NCBI GenBank assembly: GCA_965250285.1
Contig: OZ252299.1
Coordinates: 1,696,001-1,760,000, forward strand
Origin: Myxococcota bacterium
Lineage (GTDB): Bacteria; Myxococcota_A; UBA9160; UBA4427
Length of the DNA: 64,000 nt
Reading direction: 5' to 3'
Positions 19,445 to 30,029 of the stretch are shown one piece after another; position 1 is the stretch's first letter, and every line of letters begins with the position of its first letter. Made by a program: the position numbers and the translations under genes. The notes under the pieces were generated by a model. That model was not told the DNA's origin, did not search any database, and worked only from the letters and a program-made list of their open reading frames with translations.

Positions 19445-20659
19445 ATGAAGTCGCCGCGTCACTGGCTCGTGTGCGTGTTCGTGATCTATGGGCTCGCGCT
19501 GCTTGCAGGCGTGCTGTCGCCCCAGCCGATCCCGCCCGACATCGGCGACCGGCCCTTCCTCGCGGCCGGTTGGCTCGCCGACGCCATTCGAAATGTCGTG
19601 CTCTTCGCTCCGCTGGGTTGGGTGCTGCGCCTGGTCGGGGTCGGAGGGACGGGGATTGCCCTCGTGGCCGTGGCGCTATCGGGCTCGATCGAGCTGGCAC
19701 AGGGCTGGATCCCCGGTCGATTCACTTCGGCGCTCGACATCGTGAGCAACGCCGCGGGAGCGTGGGTCGGCGGCTGGGTGCCCGCGATCTCGGCGCGGTT
19801 GCGTCGGGAAGCGGACGTCCACGCGGGGCGACTCGCCGCGTCGTGCGCCCTCGCCTCGGCGACGGTGCTCGTGCTCTGCGCGATCCTCGCAGCGCCGTCC
19901 CTGCCATCCAGCCGCTACTACGGCGGCTGGACCCCGCGGTACGCGGGGCTCGAGGTGTATCGCGGCGAGGTCTGGAGTGCCGACGTCGGGGGCCAACCCA
20001 TCCCCCCCTTCGGCCCGGTCACGGAGACCGAAGCCCTGCGCGAGGCCCTCGAGCGGGGCGCTCCGATCTCGATGACCTTTCGCGTTGGTCCACCCACCGC
20101 GGGCCTGGCGCCCGTGCTCAGCATCGTGGACGACCGCCAGCAAGAGATCGCCCTGATCGGCATCGATGGCGACACCCTCGTGTATCACTTGAGAAGCCGG
20201 GCGGCCCCAGCGGGCTTGCACTCGCCGATGGCCCGTGTCCCCGGCGCGTTCGCTCTCGAGGACGCAGGGGCGATCCGATCGCTGCGCGTGGACCGGACCG
20301 GCGCCGGGTCGATCGTACGCCTCGACGGCCAGGCGGCCGTCCCGGTCGATCTGCCGATATCGCGCGGCTGGGCCTTCCTCGTCTGGCCGGGCTCGGTGCC
20401 ATCGGCCCTGACGCCGCTCCTCGATGCGCTGTGGCTGGCCGGCTTGCTCTGCCCGGTCGCCTGGTTGGCCGTTCGTCGCCCGATCGCGTGGACCGCAGTG
20501 GCGGGCCTCGCCGTGCTGCTCCTGACGCTGCCCGAGATCTCCGGGTTGGCCGGCCTCACGGTCGTGCAGTGGGGATGGTCGGCGGTGGCGGTCGCCGCCG
20601 CGGCGCTGGCTTCTCGCGCCGCCCAGGGAACGCCTCACAGCCCCGATCCGACGACTTGA
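19445..20659 (+). CDS. VanZ-family membrane protein with periplasmic domain
   Basis: DAIRNVVLFAPLG, SGSIELAQGWIPGRFTSALDIVSNAAG and multiple TMs. Confidence 0.75.
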   Translation: MKSPRHWLVCVFVIYGLALLAGVLSPQPIPPDIGDRPFLAAGWLADAIRNVVLFAPLGWVLRLVGVGGTGIALVAVALSGSIELAQGWIPGRFTSALDIVSNAAGAWVGGWVPAISARLRREADVHAGRLAASCALASATVLVLCAILAAPSLPSSRYYGGWTPRYAGLEVYRGEVWSADVGGQPIPPFGPVTETEALREALERGAPISMTFRVGPPTAGLAPVLSIVDDRQQEIALIGIDGDTLVYHLRSRAAPAGLHSPMARVPGAFALEDAGAIRSLRVDRTGAGSIVRLDGQAAVPVDLPISRGWAFLVWPGSVPSALTPLLDALWLAGLLCPVAWLAVRRPIAWTAVAGLAVLLLTLPEISGLAGLTVVQWGWSAVAVAAAALASRAAQGTPHSPDPTT

Positions 20660-20666
20660 GAAGCTG

Positions 20667-21734
20667 CTAGGAGCGCGAGCCCGCGAGTGCTGCGCGGTAG
20701 ACCGCGAGTGTTTCGCGCGCCGTGGTCGCCACGTCGAAGGCTTCGACGAAGCGGCGGCGTGCCGCCCACGCCGTGTCCTCGGCGGCTTCGTCGCCGAGCC
20801 AGGTCGCGAGACGACGGCCCCATGCGTCCGGCGACGCATGGCTGTCCAGGCGAAGCCCGGCGTCGGGACCCACCGCATCGCCAATGCCTTCGGCCGTGTA
20901 GGCGACGGGCGTACCGAGCGCGAGCGCTTCGAGCACGCTCATCGGATGGCCCTCGTGCGCGCTTGTGGAGATCAGTCCGCGCCACTGGGCGACCAGCGGC
21001 AGCGGGTCATCGACGTGTCCGCGCAGATGCACGCGGTCCCCGAGGCCCAGCTCGGCGACTCGCGTTTCGACTCGACCACGCAGCTCGCCGTCGCCGACGA
21101 TCTCGAGCTCGAAGTCGGGGCACGCGGTCATCGCCTCGACGGCGAGCAAGGGCCGCTTGACCGGCGCAAGTCGGCCGAGGAACCCGATCCGCCTCGGGCG
21201 AGCAGACCAGACCGGCGGCTGGATACGGTCCGTCGGATCGGCGATGCCGTTGGCCACGGTGACGACGCGTCGCGAGCCGACACGCGTCGCGAGCCACTGC
21301 GACACCTCGGCCGAGACCCCGATCACCTGTCGCGCCGAGATGCGCTTGACCACGAGATCCAGCCCGCCCGTCAGCGCCGCGCGGATTCGCGCAGCGCCGT
21401 CGAACGGTTCCGGGCGGCCATGCTGCGTCGCCACCCACGGGCGACCCGAGAGCGCGGCGAGCACGTCTTCCTTGTAGCGGTGGGCGTGGATCACGTCGCA
21501 GCCCCGCACTCGTTCGCGAATGGCGCGCGCCAGCGACCCGAAGGACCGCCCGCCTTCGGCCTCGATCTCGACCCGGATGCCCGCCTCGCTCAGGCGATCG
21601 GCCAGCGCGCCCGCGTTCAGGACGATGGCCGACGCGGACAGGCCCTCGACCTGCTGCTGCGCCCGCAGCAGCTCGAACGTCGCCACCTCGGCTCCGGCCC
21701 AGAGGTCTCCCGACGCGAGATGCACCACCTTCAC
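20667..21734 (-). CDS. Glycosyltransferase family 4
   Basis: SGDLWAGAE, GRLAPVK and EGHPMSVLEAL. GTGA overlap with the upstream gene. Confidence 0.9.
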   Translation of the reverse strand: MKVVHLASGDLWAGAEVATFELLRAQQQVEGLSASAIVLNAGALADRLSEAGIRVEIEAEGGRSFGSLARAIRERVRGCDVIHAHRYKEDVLAALSGRPWVATQHGRPEPFDGAARIRAALTGGLDLVVKRISARQVIGVSAEVSQWLATRVGSRRVVTVANGIADPTDRIQPPVWSARPRRIGFLGRLAPVKRPLLAVEAMTACPDFELEIVGDGELRGRVETRVAELGLGDRVHLRGHVDDPLPLVAQWRGLISTSAHEGHPMSVLEALALGTPVAYTAEGIGDAVGPDAGLRLDSHASPDAWGRRLATWLGDEAAEDTAWAARRRFVEAFDVATTARETLAVYRAALAGSRS

Positions 21735-22795
21735 GGGCTCGTCTCCCGCCCGCCCACCGGGATCACGCCCGCGCGGGCGAGCGAGGCCCAGATGAAATCG
21801 GCCATCTGCGCCTGGCCGCGATGATTCAGGTGCATCGTGTCCCAGAACCACGGGGTCGGATTGGGCAGTGCGTCGACAGACGCGGCGAGATCTGCGACTT
21901 CGACCCCCTCTTCTGCGCCCACGCGCCGGATGACGCGATTGTATGCAGCGATGAGATCGAGGAAGTCGCCCACCCGGTCGCCGCCGCCGAAGAACGGGAA
22001 GAAGATGCCCCGATCTCGGATCAGCTCGGCGCTCATGCCCTCGCGCAGCGGCGTTCCGAGGGTCACGAGGACCGGCCGCGCGCCCTGCCCGCGCACCTCA
22101 GCCACGAGCTCACGGAGGTGTGCCTCGAACCGCTGGGGCACGAAGGTCTCGAACCGTCCCGTCCGGCTGTCTGTCCCCACGTCGGGGTCGGAGATCCAGC
22201 CGCGGGCGTGATGGAAGACGAGCTTTCGCCCGCCTCGAACGAGCCACAGGCTGTCGAGCCAAGAGACGAGGCCTGCGCCCAGTGAGCCCCCCTGCTGCGT
22301 GAGGGGGGCCGTCTTCATCAAGTCGTTCCAGCCGATGTAGACGATGACGAGGTCGGGTTCGAGCGGCGCAACGACCGATACGTAGCGACGGAGGGCATCT
22401 CCCGAGTCTGCGCCGGCGACGCCCGCGTTGAGCACCTCGAATCGCTGACGCGATGGGTCGAGCCGCGTCTGGAGTTGGGCCGGCCACGTACGGTCCTCTC
22501 TGTCGGCCCCGAACGTGACGGAGTCACCGACGGCGACGACGCGGACACGTGCATCCGAAGGGGGGGCCAGTGGCGGCCCCCGCAATCCGACCTCGTTGAT
22601 GCGGAACGCTCCTCCGGCCGACGACGGATACGTGCCCGGCACGAGCCGATACGTCTCGGTCTCCGGGTCGAAGGCTTCGAACTCGACGCGATGGTGATGG
22701 GCCCAGATCCGCAGGGCCGTCTCGGCCACGACCAGGAGCATGGCGCAGAGGCCGAACCCGAGCGCGACCCATGCGAGCCGGGGCCGACCCTGCAC
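21731..22795 (-). CDS. Membrane-anchored SGNH/GDSL esterase or O-acetyltransferase
   Basis: N-terminal TM, then GDSVTFG, NAGVAG, GWND and DTMH. Confidence 0.82.
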   Translation of the reverse strand: MQGRPRLAWVALGFGLCAMLLVVAETALRIWAHHHRVEFEAFDPETETYRLVPGTYPSSAGGAFRINEVGLRGPPLAPPSDARVRVVAVGDSVTFGADREDRTWPAQLQTRLDPSRQRFEVLNAGVAGADSGDALRRYVSVVAPLEPDLVIVYIGWNDLMKTAPLTQQGGSLGAGLVSWLDSLWLVRGGRKLVFHHARGWISDPDVGTDSRTGRFETFVPQRFEAHLRELVAEVRGQGARPVLVTLGTPLREGMSAELIRDRGIFFPFFGGGDRVGDFLDLIAAYNRVIRRVGAEEGVEVADLAASVDALPNPTPWFWDTMHLNHRGQAQMADFIWASLARAGVIPVGGRETSP

Positions 22796-24027
22796 TAGCC
22801 GTCCTGCTGGCCGTGCGCGGGCGGGTCCGCCGGCCGATCGGCGTGGGAACGACGCTCTGTGCGAATCCACGCGTTGCGGCGAAACCCGACGACGGCGAGT
22901 AGATCGATGCCCGCCTTCCAGACCAGAAAGACGGGCGCGAACGCCAGTGATGCGAAGGTCTCGATGCCGGCGCCCATCATGCGCATGGCCACCGCGACCT
23001 CGGCCACCTGATAGGCGAGCGCACCGCCGACCACCACCAGGGGCCAGATCGATGCGGGGACCGCGCACGCTGCGACGACGAGCGCGACCGCCGTCCAGTT
23101 CAGCAGCTTCGAGTACGAGGGCATCAGCAGGTCGAGACCCACCTCGATCTCAGGGAGTGAACCCTGCCGCAGCCCGCGGGCCATCGATGCGCGCGCCCGA
23201 GCGTTCAGCGCGCGACGCCCCGTCGCCCAGCGCTGCCGCTGCGTCGACCCCTGCTGAAGGCTGGTCGCCTCCTGGGCATGCGCGATCGCATCCTCGACGA
23301 ATCGAATCTGTTCGCCCGCTTCGATCAGCTGGAAGGACTGTTCCAGATCCTCGCCGATCGACTTCGCCTGCCAGCCAGATTCGGCGAGGACCTCTGTTCG
23401 GAACGCCATGCCGGTCCCCATCAGCAGCACCGACAGGCCGAGTCGTCCCTTGCCCGCATTGAAGAGCAGGTTCTTCATGACATAGGTCGACGCGAGCAGT
23501 CGGGTCATGACCGAGTCGTCGGGGTTCGCGATGCCGTAGTAGCCCTGCAGGCACCGGTGGCCGGCGAGCAGCTCGCGATTCATCGCGCGAAAGAACTCGG
23601 GCTCGACGAGGATATCTGCATCGAACAGCACGACCGCATCGGCCTGCGAGAGATCCAGGCGACCGAGCATCCAATCGATCGCCTGCCCTTTGCCCGGGTT
23701 GTCGGGCTCGCAGCGTTCGTGCGCCTGCTCGCCCAGTGCCCGCACGCGAGCCGCCGTTTCGTCGCTGCAGTTGTCGGCGATCACGTGGATCGCGATGCGG
23801 TCCTGCGGATAGTCCGCCGCCCGGATGGTGCGGATCACCGCATCGATCAGCAGCTCTTCGTCATGCGCCGGGATCAGGACCGCGAAGCGCACGGCGTCCG
23901 CGCCCGCCGCCGGGGGAGCGGGCGAACGCGGCGTGAGCAGGAAGGCCGCAGCGAATAGCGCGCGGTACGCGGCAGCGAGTGCGACCACGATGGCCAGGGT
24001 CCAAGCCAGCACGAGGAGCAGGGTCAT
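22795..24027 (-). CDS. Glycosyltransferase family 2 (CesA/IcaA-like, membrane)
   Basis: LIPAHDEE, ADNCSD, GKG, FDAD, GED, QRQRW and flanking TMs. Confidence 0.9.
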   Translation of the reverse strand: MTLLLVLAWTLAIVVALAAAYRALFAAAFLLTPRSPAPPAAGADAVRFAVLIPAHDEELLIDAVIRTIRAADYPQDRIAIHVIADNCSDETAARVRALGEQAHERCEPDNPGKGQAIDWMLGRLDLSQADAVVLFDADILVEPEFFRAMNRELLAGHRCLQGYYGIANPDDSVMTRLLASTYVMKNLLFNAGKGRLGLSVLLMGTGMAFRTEVLAESGWQAKSIGEDLEQSFQLIEAGEQIRFVEDAIAHAQEATSLQQGSTQRQRWATGRRALNARARASMARGLRQGSLPEIEVGLDLLMPSYSKLLNWTAVALVVAACAVPASIWPLVVVGGALAYQVAEVAVAMRMMGAGIETFASLAFAPVFLVWKAGIDLLAVVGFRRNAWIRTERRSHADRPADPPAHGQQDG

Positions 24028-25160
24028 CTGGTGCTCCCGTTCGCCACCGCAGTCGGCTTCGGCAGGAGCTCTGCTTCGTCGAGGGCCTTCGCCACGGTCT
24101 CCGCGGCGAGGGCGTGACCGGCCTCGTTCCAGTGCCCATCCACGGCCAGGTAGAAGGGGCCCTGCCCTGCCGCTTCGGCCTGCGCAAAGGCCGGCATCAG
24201 ATCGACCACGAGGAGGTCGCGCCGGTTGCCCCACGCCTGCATGCGCCGCTGCGGGGCCGGCAAGTCAATGCTCACCTCGCCGAGCCCGTCGAGCAGGTCT
24301 CGGCGATGTGTGGGCTCGACCTGCATTCGTAGGGGAACCAGGAAGACGACCAGTTGCGCGCCATCGGCGCGCACATCCTCTGCAAACTCGTCGAGGAGAA
24401 GCTCGGTCATCTCCCAACCACGCTCGACCTTGGGCGATGTGGGCTGTCGCACGAGCTCGAGCATGTCGCGCTGGAGCTGGGCGCCGGCCTCGGCCACCGA
24501 CGGCGCGCGCAGGGTGCCCGTCGCGAGGCGATAGAGGTGCGATCGCCCGGCGAACCACTCCTGGAGCTTGATGCGGGCGTACTCCAGGACGGGCATCTCT
24601 TCGCGCGGCCGTTCGATCAGTTGGCCGCCGTCGAGCACCGTGAACTCCATGGCGAGGTTGTCGAAGAGATCGTTGTGGAGCGTCATGCCGACGAGAACGA
24701 GGTCAGGCGCCCAATCGCGGGCGTAGCGCCGGTAATAGGTGCGCTGGTCGTCGGTGCCCCAGCCGCTGACCGATGCGTTGATGATTTCGACGTCGCTCAC
24801 CTCGCCTCGGGCCCGGCTGCTTTCCAGTGCGGTCTCGACGAGGTGCGCCATGCTGTCGCGCCACTCGACCTGGGCCGCCTCCATGAACGAGTCCCCCATC
24901 AGCAGGATTCGGAACGTCCCCGGCGGCTTCTCCACCGCATGCTCATCATCGCGCATGCCGACCGAGTTCGTATCCATGCGCTTGCCCTGGGGCGTGACGA
25001 AGCCTTCGACGTTCGCGCGATGGATGACGATGCCGTCGCGCGTGTGAGACCAGATGCTCAGGCTCTGCGGCATCACGAGTCGAATCGCCAGCTCGAGGAA
25101 GAGCAGCGACAAGACCACGCTGATCGCAAGCAGTGAGACCTTCGCGATCAAGGCCCTCAC
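24024..25160 (-). CDS. Membrane-anchored SGNH hydrolase (AlgX/AlgJ-like)
   Basis: N-terminal TM ending ELAIR, then GDSF, NASVSGWG, HND and DGHWNEAGH. Confidence 0.82.
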   Translation of the reverse strand: MRALIAKVSLLAISVVLSLLFLELAIRLVMPQSLSIWSHTRDGIVIHRANVEGFVTPQGKRMDTNSVGMRDDEHAVEKPPGTFRILLMGDSFMEAAQVEWRDSMAHLVETALESSRARGEVSDVEIINASVSGWGTDDQRTYYRRYARDWAPDLVLVGMTLHNDLFDNLAMEFTVLDGGQLIERPREEMPVLEYARIKLQEWFAGRSHLYRLATGTLRAPSVAEAGAQLQRDMLELVRQPTSPKVERGWEMTELLLDEFAEDVRADGAQLVVFLVPLRMQVEPTHRRDLLDGLGEVSIDLPAPQRRMQAWGNRRDLLVVDLMPAFAQAEAAGQGPFYLAVDGHWNEAGHALAAETVAKALDEAELLPKPTAVANGSTR

Positions 25161-26395
25161 GATGCGGCCCTCGCCCCGGCCGGTCGGCGTGCAGGCAGCA
25201 GCTCGCCGTAGAGCGCTCGGTATCGATCGGCCATGGTATCGACGGAGAACTCGGCTCGCGCTCGAGACCAGGCTCGCTCGGCCAGTCGTCGGGCCAGCGC
25301 CGAATCGGCCGTGACGCGTCGCAGCGCCTCCGCGAGACGTTCGGGCGCGGCCGGAGGGACGAGCAGGCCCGACTCGCCGTCGACCACAGCCTCGGCGATA
25401 CCGCCCACGTCGGTCGCAACAACGCAACACTGGTGCGCCATTGCCTCGAGCACGGCCAGCGGGAGTCCTTCGGAGAGCGACGGCTGCACGAATACGTCGG
25501 CGGCGGACAAAATGCGTGCGATGTCGTCGCGCAGCCCGAGCAGGTGGACCCGCTCCGTGCATCCGAGCTCGTCGGCGAGTCTCCGCAGGGCGGCTTCCTC
25601 GTCGCCGCGACCCGCAATCGCGAGATGCGCGTCGGGGATCGACGCGGTCGCGCGCAGCAGCGTCGCGTGGTCCTTGACCGGGTACAGGCTCCCGACCGCC
25701 ACGAAGAGCGGTCCATCGGGCGGCAGGCCGATGTGCGCACGATCCGCTCGTTGCTGGGCTCGTCGGTCATCGGACGACGCGTGCGGCGGGACGGGTGTGC
25801 CGTTGTGAATGATGCGAACGTCTGCGCCCGAACCGCCAACGCCCGGCGAAAGCGTGTCGAGCAGGTCGCGAGAGACCGCTACGAGCTGCTGTCCGAAGCG
25901 GCCGAGCACACGATACGCGAGCAGGTGCTTCGCGCTCGTGCCCGCCACGCTGCCGTGCAAGGTGGCCACATTGGGCAGCCGGGCGGCTCGAGCCGCAGCC
26001 CCCCCGTAGACGTTCATCTCGTACTCGTGGCTGTGGAGCAGATCGATCCGTTCGCGTAGAAGACGCTTGCGAAACCGGACCACCCAGCGCGGATCAGGCC
26101 CGTTCCGCATGGGGTCGATCCAGACGGGAATGCCCGCCGCTTCGGCCCGATCGGTCATCCAGCCGGGCTGCATCGTCGCGATGGCCACCCAATCGCCCCG
26201 GGCGCGTAGCGCCTCGGCGAGCTGAACCACCATCGCTTCGGCTCCGCCGGGTCCGCTGGTCTCGAGCCCGAGGACCAGTCGAAGCGGCGTGGCCTCCACG
26301 GACTCGTCCGCCGGACCCGTCACGCGCGTCGTCCGCTGGGCGGGATCCGGGGGCACGCGGGCGCGCATCGCGTCGATCGGGGCCAGCTCACCCAT
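25157..26395 (-). CDS. Glycosyltransferase family 4
   Basis: PGGAE, IHNG, VGSLYPVKDH and SLSEGLPLAVLEAM. Confidence 0.92.
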   Translation of the reverse strand: MGELAPIDAMRARVPPDPAQRTTRVTGPADESVEATPLRLVLGLETSGPGGAEAMVVQLAEALRARGDWVAIATMQPGWMTDRAEAAGIPVWIDPMRNGPDPRWVVRFRKRLLRERIDLLHSHEYEMNVYGGAAARAARLPNVATLHGSVAGTSAKHLLAYRVLGRFGQQLVAVSRDLLDTLSPGVGGSGADVRIIHNGTPVPPHASSDDRRAQQRADRAHIGLPPDGPLFVAVGSLYPVKDHATLLRATASIPDAHLAIAGRGDEEAALRRLADELGCTERVHLLGLRDDIARILSAADVFVQPSLSEGLPLAVLEAMAHQCCVVATDVGGIAEAVVDGESGLLVPPAAPERLAEALRRVTADSALARRLAERAWSRARAEFSVDTMADRYRALYGELLPARRPAGARAAS

Positions 26396-27497
26396 CTGAG
26401 CCTTCGGGGCCACCTGCGTGCATGCCTCCGCTGGGCGGCCCGAACACTTCCTCGCGAATCAGGAAGTCCGCGATCTTTCGGTGCCCCTGTCGGTTGGGAT
26501 GGTTCCAGTCGAGCTTGTCGCCCTTGTCGTAGACGAAGAATTCGCCGAGCCCGTTCGCTGCGCGGGAGGCATCCGCGGAAGAGGCATCCACGAACGCGCC
26601 CATCGCGTCGATGGTTCGGAGTTGCGGGTCCAGGTAGATCTCGAGCACGGCCTGTGAGCGACCCGTGAGGAAGCCGTCCTCCCACTCGACTCCGAGCTCC
26701 CCATACGTCTCGGCGGCATCGCTCGAGATCTGCATCTCGTACGGGAGCAGGACGACCACGAGCTCGACGCCGAGCTCGTCTAGGCGGTTGCCGAGCTGGT
26801 TGATGCGGGACGCCGTTTCGCGGAACACCGCATCGTGCTCCGACGGCGCGAACTCGAACGCGGCGTAGCCGCGCCACCCAGTGCCACCGACCGCAAGCGC
26901 CGACTTCACCAGGTTGCGTAGCCACGTGTAGACGTAGCTCTTGCCGCGCAGCCAATCGAGGTTCCGTCGCAAGAAGCCGATCCCGTGCGTGACGGTCGTC
27001 TTGCTCTCACCGCTCACCGCCTGGTCGGGCAGGATGTCGTTCAGATTGAAGAGGTAGATCACCTTCTCGAGGTCGTATCGAGTGGCGAGCCGCTCGAAGT
27101 AGGCCATCGACGACGCGCTCGCCGAGAGATCCACGCCGCCGAAGTTCATGTGCTCATACTCGGGATACGCCGCTTCGAGGTGCTCACTCACGCGATGCCC
27201 GTATCCGGCTCCGGTGCCGAAGGTGACGGAGTCGCCCACGTGGCCGATACGACGGGGGTTCGAGAGGTCGAATTCTTTGTCGGAAAAGCCGTCGCTGTTC
27301 ATGTAGATCGTGCCGTACGGGAACACGAGCTCGTCGGACTCGCCCTTCACCGACATGTAGTAGCCGGGGTTGTACGGGATCAGGACGCGCAGGGCGATCT
27401 CCGCTGAGACGAAGAGGACGACGAAGATCCCGACGTTGACGGCCAGCAGGGCAACGAGCGGATGCCTCGCGAACCACGGCCGATCCGTCGCCACCAT
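26388..27497 (-). CDS. Membrane-anchored SGNH hydrolase
   Basis: AAGGAG RBS, TM ending EIALR, then GDSVTFG, NLND and DWNHPNRQGH. Confidence 0.78.
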   Translation of the reverse strand: MVATDRPWFARHPLVALLAVNVGIFVVLFVSAEIALRVLIPYNPGYYMSVKGESDELVFPYGTIYMNSDGFSDKEFDLSNPRRIGHVGDSVTFGTGAGYGHRVSEHLEAAYPEYEHMNFGGVDLSASASSMAYFERLATRYDLEKVIYLFNLNDILPDQAVSGESKTTVTHGIGFLRRNLDWLRGKSYVYTWLRNLVKSALAVGGTGWRGYAAFEFAPSEHDAVFRETASRINQLGNRLDELGVELVVVLLPYEMQISSDAAETYGELGVEWEDGFLTGRSQAVLEIYLDPQLRTIDAMGAFVDASSADASRAANGLGEFFVYDKGDKLDWNHPNRQGHRKIADFLIREEVFGPPSGGMHAGGPEGSDG

Positions 27498-27822
27498 GCC
27501 CATTCTCCTTCGGATCCCGCTCGTGATCGCGCGCCCGCGGCGCGACGGCGTTGAGGTGCAAGCGTCTTGCGTCAGGCCTGCTCGGCGCTCGCATCGCCGC
27601 CTTGGTAGTGGCCGTCCGGCGGTGTCAGGTGATGGGCGAAATGGGTGCGTGGCTTGCCGGTGCCGCCCCCGGTTGCCAGCACTCCCGTTCGCCGGATCCA
27701 GCGCACCTCGGCACCTCACGCCCGACAGCGCGGAGGGTAGCTCACCGCGCGTCCGACGAGAGGCGATTGGGCCACGAACGCGCGGACTTGTCCCGGATCC
27801 TGCGTGACGCAGAAGGCGCGCG

Positions 27823-28908
27823 TCAGCGCCGTTCGGAAGACTCGAGGCCGTGCGTGCTCGGCCCGCCCGCTTCGGCGTCGTGTGAAATCTCGGCCGCTTC
27901 GGCGTCAGCCTCGACGAGGACGACCGGCGCGAGCTCGCGGGCCACGACGGCATTGGCTCGCGCCGTGTTGTGTCCGTCCCAGGGAATGAACAAGCTTCGG
28001 CCATGCGCTTCGTAGGCGAGGCGCAGGGGCTCGAGGACGTCGATCAGGCTCAGGTCGAGCCGCTCGGCGAGATCGGCGAAACGCTCGTTGTACGCGCGAC
28101 CGGCCATGCTGCCGTCGACCTGATCGCGCCGAGGAAGAACCACGAACCAGAGCCCGAGGTTTCTTTCCCGCGCGTAGTCACGCATCTCGATGAGGTTTCG
28201 TTCGACGTCTTCCCACGAAGCGTCCACGACGGGATCCGGTTCACCCGATAGGATGCGAGACTCTCGCCCCGCTCCGGGGGTCGGACTCCACAACTCCTTG
28301 AGAGGGCCCCGCATACGCCAGATCGCGGTGAACAATGCGCTGCGCTTCAGCGCGTAGGCGATCTTGTGCGAATCGGTGTTCGTCACGACGAGCGGCTCAG
28401 GTTCGTCTTGATCGACGACGACGTCGTTCACATAGAGAGCAACGGCGACGCCATCGAGCTCGTAGCGCTCGTCGAGCCTGCGCAGCAGGCGTGTGAAGTG
28501 CCAGGGGCTGGAGCCGGATAGACCGGCGTTCAGCACTTCGAATCGGCGCGTAGGGTCGCTTCGCCCGAGTTCGACCTGGAGCTGGGCGGGCCAGGTCTCC
28601 TCGAGCGAGAGGCCGTCTCCCGCCGTTTGTGAATCTCCGAGCGCGAGGATGCGGACGGTGCCTTCGGGCCTCTCGAACGGAACTTCGGGTGCACGAATGC
28701 CAGCAGAGTTCGTTTCGAAGATCTCGTCGTGGGTGAAGCTGTGCTGGTCGGGTGCGAGCCGATAACCTAGCTCCGCGTCGTCGACGTAGTGCTCCTGCGG
28801 GTATCTCCAGAGCACGGGCGGACCCAGGATCAACCGAAGCGCGACCTCGCCGAACGCGGCCATGAAGATTAGGGTGAAGCACAGCAGAGCGAGGCGCGCC
28901 CAGAACAC
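27823..28908 (-). CDS. Membrane-anchored SGNH hydrolase
   Basis: TM ending EVALR, then GDSQT, NAGLSG, YVND and DGHNT. GTG start follows GAGGGAG. Confidence 0.8.
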   Translation of the reverse strand: MFWARLALLCFTLIFMAAFGEVALRLILGPPVLWRYPQEHYVDDAELGYRLAPDQHSFTHDEIFETNSAGIRAPEVPFERPEGTVRILALGDSQTAGDGLSLEETWPAQLQVELGRSDPTRRFEVLNAGLSGSSPWHFTRLLRRLDERYELDGVAVALYVNDVVVDQDEPEPLVVTNTDSHKIAYALKRSALFTAIWRMRGPLKELWSPTPGAGRESRILSGEPDPVVDASWEDVERNLIEMRDYARERNLGLWFVVLPRRDQVDGSMAGRAYNERFADLAERLDLSLIDVLEPLRLAYEAHGRSLFIPWDGHNTARANAVVARELAPVVLVEADAEAAEISHDAEAGGPSTHGLESSERR

Positions 28909-28921
28909 TCGTCGGTCTCCC

Positions 28922-30007
28922 TCAGTCTCGACCTTCGGCCACGCCCTGCCTCTTCGGTAGCGCGATGCGTCGGCTGAACGCCATCGAGGGCCGCTCCAGT
29001 ACCCACCATGCGAGCCAGGCGGCGACGGCACAGATCGCGATGCCGGCCCCAAAGATCGACGACGACAGCCACAGCGGGGCATCCTCGCCCACGACCCGAC
29101 CGGACAGCCGGACGAACCGCCAGCCGATCGTGGTGTGGAACAGGTAGAGGCTGTACGAGATGGCGCCCAGCCACTGAATCCCTCGTCCCGACAGGATCGT
29201 GGCCATCCCATCACGACGGTAGGACCACCAGATGAGCCCGCTGACGAAGATGGGCAGCGTCTGCTGCGGCGGTGCGCCCTCGTACCCGATCACCCCAACC
29301 AGGACCAGCCAGGTCGCGAGCAGCGCGCTCGGATGGACTCGGCCGCTCACCACCCACCAGAGGCAGACGCCGATGAAGAACTGGAACCACCGGATGATGG
29401 CGAGGCCTTGGGGCGCGGTCAGCCCGCCCACCTCGTAGCGCATGGCGATCGAGAGTCCGAAGAGCGCGGCGAGAACGACCCCCGACACCCACTCGATCAC
29501 GACGGGGCCGAGCAATCTCGATGCATGCTTGCGCAGGACCATGAGGATGACGAGGAACAGATAGAACTGAATCTCGAAGCACAGCGTCCAGAAGATCGAA
29601 ACGATGTCGCCGTAGCCCAAAAGGTTCTGCAGGTAGAAGACGTGAGCTATGACGTCCTGAATGCTCGGCAGCGGGACATCGGAGTACGAGAGGCGCAGGG
29701 CCACCGACTGGACAACGATCTCGAGGATGATCGCCGCCCAGTACGGGGGATCGAGCCGGATCGATCGGCGGATCGCGAAGAGACCCAGGTACCTGAGCGA
29801 TGGGTTCGCATCTCGCACGCTGAAGGCGATGACGAACCCGCTCAGCACGAAGAAGATGTCGACGCCGAGGAAGCCCTGCTTGAACAGCCAATCGAGCCAT
29901 TCGGGCAGCCACACGTCGAAGGTCATCCGCGCGGCGGAGTTCAGGTGGTAGAACACCACCGCGAGCGCGGCGACGCCGCGGAGTCCATCGATCGTCTTGA
30001 ACCGCAT
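28922..30007 (-). CDS. Acyltransferase family 3 (OafA-like) O-acyltransferase
   Basis: IDGLRGVAALAVVFYH, GVDIFFVLSGF, FWTLCFEIQFY, ISYSLYLFH and ERP. Confidence 0.93.
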   Translation of the reverse strand: MRFKTIDGLRGVAALAVVFYHLNSAARMTFDVWLPEWLDWLFKQGFLGVDIFFVLSGFVIAFSVRDANPSLRYLGLFAIRRSIRLDPPYWAAIILEIVVQSVALRLSYSDVPLPSIQDVIAHVFYLQNLLGYGDIVSIFWTLCFEIQFYLFLVILMVLRKHASRLLGPVVIEWVSGVVLAALFGLSIAMRYEVGGLTAPQGLAIIRWFQFFIGVCLWWVVSGRVHPSALLATWLVLVGVIGYEGAPPQQTLPIFVSGLIWWSYRRDGMATILSGRGIQWLGAISYSLYLFHTTIGWRFVRLSGRVVGEDAPLWLSSSIFGAGIAICAVAAWLAWWVLERPSMAFSRRIALPKRQGVAEGRD

Positions 30008-30029
30008 CCGTCGGGCCCGTTCCCCTCGC